This document shows positions 1 through 35,305 of a DNA stretch of 35,305 bases, piece by piece. The position numbers and the translations under genes were made by a program. The notes beneath the pieces are model-generated. The model did no database searches. It saw nothing but the letters and a program-made list of their open reading frames with translations, and was not told the origin of the DNA. Within the stretch, counting starts at the first letter, position 1. Each line of letters begins with the position of its first letter. The stretch is from Octopus bimaculoides (taxonomy: Eukaryota): the NCBI RefSeq assembly GCF_001194135.2, contig NC_068981.1, forward strand, positions 146,654,397 to 146,689,701, written 5' to 3'.

Positions 1-298
1 GTAGCATGGCTGTTCATACACATGCGTCATACAGTCTGCCTTTTACTCTGAGTGAGAGTCCCTTTGTCGCCAGCAGAGGTAAGAGCTCTCTAAACTTTGC
101 CCAGGCTATTCTTATTCTAGCAGCTACACTTTCAGCGCACCCACCCCCACTACTAACTTGGTCGCCCAGATAGCGGAAGCTATCGACTACCTCTAGTTTT
201 TCACCCTGGAATGAAATAGAAGTTGTTTCCTGTTTGTTTACAGTCTTTATTACACCTGAACATCTGCCACAAACAAAAACTAACTTCCTAGTTAACAT
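1..298 (-). mobile_element. RTE-clade LINE ORF2 fragment (region C-terminal to RT)
   Basis: ORF 14..298 LEVVDSFRYLGD...RIRIAWAKFRELLPLL...KGRLYDACV; homologous to 33300-33500. Confidence 0.88.
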
Positions 299-358
299 AT
301 ATATATATATATATATATATAAAAGCTCGCCACACTAATAGCACTGCGCATATGTATA

Positions 359-1020
359 TACACTACAATGTCATTCTAAAAATAAATGATATGTAACTGA
401 AATTTCAAAGCTACAAGACAGTAATGATCCGGCAAGCCAAGTGAGAGCATAATCTGTGACCTCTGCCAGAAGTGTAGCCAGCTCACTTATTTGTATCTTT
501 ACTTCATTGGACTCTAAAGACTCTGCTTGCGAAGACCTCTTGAGGCAAGTGAATTTGAAATCTGAAATCGAAATCAAACTGAATCCGACGACTGGCATCT
601 ATGCCAACCTCTCCTTCATTGGACACTAAACTCTGCTTGCAAAGACCTGTTGGGGCAAGTGAAATCGAAATCGTAATTGAACCATATTCAATGACTGGCA
701 CCTGCACCAGTGGAGCACTAACAGCTCTGTCTGAGTGTGTTCATTGCCAGAGCACCTGTCTGGCTTCTGTGCTAGTGTCCCGTAAATAGCACCATTTGAG
801 TGTAATCGTTACCAGTGTTGCCTTCTAGCACTCATGCCAGTGGCACGTAAAAGCACCCACTACACTCTCGGAGTGGTTGGCGTTGGGAAGGGCATCCAGC
901 TGTAGAAACTCTGCCAGATCAGATTGGAGCCTGGTGCAGCCTTCTGGCTTGCCAGTCCTCAGTCAAATTGTCCAACCCATGCTAGCATGGAAAGCGGACG
1001 TTAAACGATGATGATGATGA
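359..1020 (+). mobile_element. Chimera: piggyBac-like MITE fragment (359-425) fused to RTE ORF2 end, 3' UTR and (GAT)n tail (426-1020)
   Basis: 359-425 matches MITE interior at 6770-6825; 426 onward matches the RTE end seen at 15960-15990; ends ...GGACGTTAAACGATGATGA. Confidence 0.85.
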
Positions 1021-1133
1021 TACATATATATAGATATATATATATACATATATGTATACATATACATAGATATATATACATATATATATACATATACATA
1101 GATATATATACATATATATATACATATACATAG

Positions 1134-1183
<50 letters not shown>
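1021..1183. repeat. Compound (TA)n/(TACA/TAGA) microsatellite
   Basis: Direct reading. Confidence 0.97.
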
Positions 1184-1188
<5 letters not shown>

Positions 1189-1239
1189 CATCATCATCAT
1201 CGTTTAACGTCCACTTTCCATGCTAGCATGGGTTTGCAA

Positions 1240-1915
1240 TCCAGGAACAGGAGATTGCAACAAAGTACCTGGTGAACAAGAGAGACAATGACGCTCTTGT
1301 AATCCCAAGGTGCAACCGCATGTGTAGGCTATGTCATGTTTCTGTGGAAGACATTACACATGTGATTAGTAGCTGTCCAGAAATGTTGTCACGGTATTAC
1401 TTCCCTATGCGGCACAATGTTGTTGCTAAAACAATTTACAATGCCATCCACAAAAAAGACTGTCCTGGGATAAACTTAGAAAATCCCTCTGTTATGCAAT
1501 ATATTCATAAACACCAACTCAAGGAATACTGATGGAATATTCCCATCAAAACTTCTCTCAAATGTAAACATAATAGGCTGGATATTGTTGTTTGGGACAG
1601 AGGGCCAAAGGTATGTACCTTCATAGAGGTTAGCAGCCCTGCAGATATAAATATCTCTTTGAAAATCAAAGTAAAAGAGGATATCTATGGACAACTGTTT
1701 TGAAACCTCCAACTTCTATATCCAGACTATAAATTCATATTCATAAGCAATAAGAATTAGAGCACTAGGTCTTGTTAGTAAATGCTTAAAGGAGAATCTA
1801 GATAAACTGGGATTTTCAGAAAGAGAAACTCACTAGCTGCTTTGTACATTACAAGTCCAATCTGTGAGTGGAACAGTAAAAATATGCAAGACTTTTCTCA
1901 AGTTCCAAATATAAA
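1240..1915 (+). mobile_element. Decayed non-LTR retrotransposon with restriction-like endonuclease (R4/Dong-like), C-terminal part
   Basis: CRLCHVSVEDITHVISSC zinc knuckle, RHN, then HNRLDIVVWD...FIEVSSPADINI..KIKVKEDIY across a stop at 1530-1532. Confidence 0.82.
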
Positions 1916-2075
1916 TTTGTGTGTGTTAACTACATCCCAAAGATGGAGCCTTGTATCTTTGTTGGAAACTGGCTCCCTCCTCAGTGGAAGATTTACAATG
2001 ATTAAAAAATAGAAGAGACATACATATATGAAATAGCCGTAATGAATTGATACTTATACATCTTTGTTACTCATT

Positions 2076-2106
<31 letters not shown>

Positions 2107-2178
2107 GTACTGTCATATGCATTGCACCTCAGAGCCATTAAGATGCTGAACCAAACGATCCAAGAAAGACATTTTTAC

Positions 2179-32307
<30,129 letters not shown>

Positions 32308-33219
32308 CTGTAAAAGAATTAAATTTAAAAAACTAGTGAATGAATGGAAAATCTTTTAGATGGTAACGTTGCTAAAATTGAGAACAATTAAAATAATATT
32401 GTTGTTGCATCTCGGGAAGGTCATTTTACCAATGAAAGTACAAACACTTATATTTCACTTCTTTTTTATTATAATTTGTCAACTAGTTAATTAAATAACT
32501 GATTAACAATTAGTGTGACCAATCATTTGATCAATCAATCAATCAATTGGTTTATCAAAGTTCTTTTGTCACCATCTGCAATCCCATGAATAACATGCCC
32601 ACATTTGTTCCAAGTTTGTCTGCTTTATCAGCAAAAATTACTAGGTATATAATCTGTGCCAACAAATAATTTCATATCAAGAATCTTTTAAAAGGTAATA
32701 ATAAAAAATATACATATGTATGTGTGTGTGTGTGTATCATCATCATCATCACCGTTTAATGTCCACTTTCTATGCTGGCCAGTCAAGTGGTACTGGCATC
32801 AACCATGCTCAAATGGCCTTTTTATTAGACCATTCCTTTGACTGAGCTCATCATCATTCAAAATGTTTCAGTTTTGATACTGAAATAGTTTTCTTCTACT
32901 GTCATTGTTTTTCCCTTCCTTTCTTTTTGTATTTGTTGTTGGATCGTTCGTAAAGGTTCATAAGAGAAAGTAGGAGTTGAAAGGATTTGTATTAGAAAGA
33001 GGAAATTAGATTTTATTAGAGGGGAAAATGTTAATTTGTGTAGCTTAATGGATTTTATTCATAATTGGGAGTTATTTTGACTGAAAAAATAACGCTGTGA
33101 CCTAAGTTATGGTATTTAGAATATTAATTGCGATTCTTTCATCCAAGAAATTTGGAATTGTGTAAATGTATGAATTTTAAACATACACACACAAACAGAA
33201 AATCTCCCTTTTATAGATA

Positions 33220-35305
33220 AGATGCACACTGATGTTGCGCATCCAATGGACCATACTGCCTTCATTTTTCTCTGTCTTCTGCATTCAGAGCCCATGTCTC
33301 ACAACCATGGAGTATAGCCATTCGCACACAAACATCATACAGTCTACCTTTCATTCTGAGAGAGAGCCCTTTTGTTGCCAACAGAGGTAATAGCTCTTTG
33401 AACTTCCTCCATCCTATTCTTATTCTAGAAACAATACTTTCAGAGCATCCTCCACCATTGCTAATTTGGTCACCTAGGTAACAGAAACTATCTACAACTT
33501 CAAGAGAGCCTCCTGGGCATTTGAGAGAATTTAAGTCTTATGTTCTCTTAATGCTTATTGTTCCTGCACATCTGCCACATACAAAGACGACTTTATCCGT
33601 TAATCTACCTGTGATTCCACTGCACCTCTTATGTGTCCATAGTTTGCACTGGGCACAGCAAATGGAATTTCTTCCAACTCCTTTCCTACATATTGAGCAG
33701 GGCCATTTACCTGAGGAAAGAGAGTTTTATTTTCTTTCTTACTAACAACTTTGGTCTTAGCTAGGTTAGCTTTAAGGTTCTTTGATTCCTGGTTTTGTTT
33801 CCATACCTGGAATTTCTTCTCCATTTCTGCTAAAGATTCTGTAAGAAAAGCAAGGTCATCAGCATATAGTAGTTTCCATGGGCACCCAGTTTTGAATTCC
33901 TCCATTATGACCTAGAGGACTATAATGAATAAAAGTGGGGTGAGAACTGAGCCCTGATGGACCCCTACCTGTACGCTAAATTCATCACTGCATTCATGGC
34001 CAACTCTCATCTTATTGACAGTACCACTGTACATGGCTTGTAAAGTTCTAACAAGCCACTTCTCTACTCCTAGCTTCCTAAGAGACCACCATATAACAGA
34101 GTGGGGAATTCTATCAAAAGCTTTCTCCAGGTCGACAAAGGCTAAGTACAATGGCTTACTTTTGGCCAAGTACTTTTCCAGCTGTTGTTTCACTAGGAAG
34201 ATGGCATCTGTGGTACTCTTTCCAGGTACAAAACCAAACTGCATTTCATCTAGTTTAATTCTATTCCTAATCAATTGAGCAATAACCCTCTCAGTAACTT
34301 TCATGACTTGGTCCAGCAGTTTAATACTTCAGCAGTTGTTTCTATCTAAGGCATCAGCTTTACCCTTATAGCAGCTAACTATCATACTACTACACCAGTC
34401 ATTGGGGATGGTGCCTTCTTGAATAACCTGATTAACTATATGGGTGACTAAACTGTATCATTCACCACTGGAAATTTTAATCATCTCAGCAGTGATTCCT
34501 GATGGCTCAGGAGCCTTCCTTGTCTTCATGTCCTTAATTGCAGTATCTATTATGCTGCTATCAACTCTGATGGCTGGTCCTTCAATTGGTTCGATATTTG
34601 GTAGACTCTCCTTCTCCCATTCACTTTCCACATTTAGTAACCTTTCATAGTGACACTTCCATGCATTTTTCTTCTCTGAGTCACTAAGTGCAAGCATACC
34701 ATTATCCATTTGCACACATTTCTCACCCACCACATTTCTATTCTCTCTGGTACACTGCTTTGCAATCCTGAGCACCTTACGCTGTAGATCATTTGCAATT
34801 CTCTTACCTTCAGCTATTCCTTTTGCTATGTAAACCTGACGCCTACCTGCGCTTTTGGCTACCTGATATAATTCTCTGCTTCCACCATTTTTTCCAGTCT
34901 TTCCAGGCATGTCTTTTTGCTTTTATAACACTGTCTACCGCCTTGTTCCACTACCATGTCACCCTTGATCTAGCAGGGACTCTGCACCAACCACAGATTT
35001 CATCTGTAGCCCTCAGTAGATTGTCCTGTAGAAACTTCCAATTGTCCTCTAAGCTGTATGTCCCCAACTTTTCCTCTCTTTCATCAGAAGTGTCCATTAG
35101 GAAATCTCTAAATTTTTGTCTGTTTGCTTGGTCTTTGAGCTTCCATAGTCTTCTTTCCCAAATTGGTTTATTTCTCTAAGTCTTTCTAGCTCTAATTCTG
35201 AAGTCACTAACTCGTAACTTTATGTTGGTTGGGCTATACACTCTTCACCTGGGAAAGACTTTATATTTTTAAGTATCATCTATCTCGTTGCCTGGTGAGG
35301 AGGTA
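33220..35305 (-). mobile_element. RTE-clade LINE ORF2 pseudogene (RT domain, frameshifted), runs off the window
   Basis: QFGFVPGKSTTDAIF, LAFVDLEKAFD, GVHQGSVLTPLLF, LLYADDL, then HGCETWAL; several stops and frameshifts. Confidence 0.95.

Noticed and set aside
963-1200. ORFs rich in YI/MY repeats
   Set aside because: Translations of the (TA)n microsatellite.

Overview
AT-rich animal genomic DNA. The repeat families suggest a coleoid cephalopod, probably Octopus (inference from recalled repeat sequences, not a search). The window holds most of the 5' half of one minus-strand gene, DEPDC5 (Iml1, GATOR1 subunit). I assembled it by hand from 18 GT-AG coding exons (32307 down to 2179, 1815 nt, about 605 codons) with consistent phases and no stop; most are too short to appear in the ORF track. 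The first coding exon was not found and the gene continues left of position 1. Introns are packed with RTE LINE pieces, several tRNA-headed SINE families, an RLE-type LINE fragment, two decayed mariners, piggyBac-like and hAT-like MITEs, microsatellites and three assembly gaps. There is no CRISPR array, rRNA or genuine tRNA, and I cannot support a wholly new biological system. Best leads: an identical MITE-RTE chimeric junction present twice in inverted orientation 28 kb apart; an 85-bp-arm foldback hairpin; and inverted repeat pairs bracketing DEPDC5 exons (candidate ADAR/circRNA substrates).
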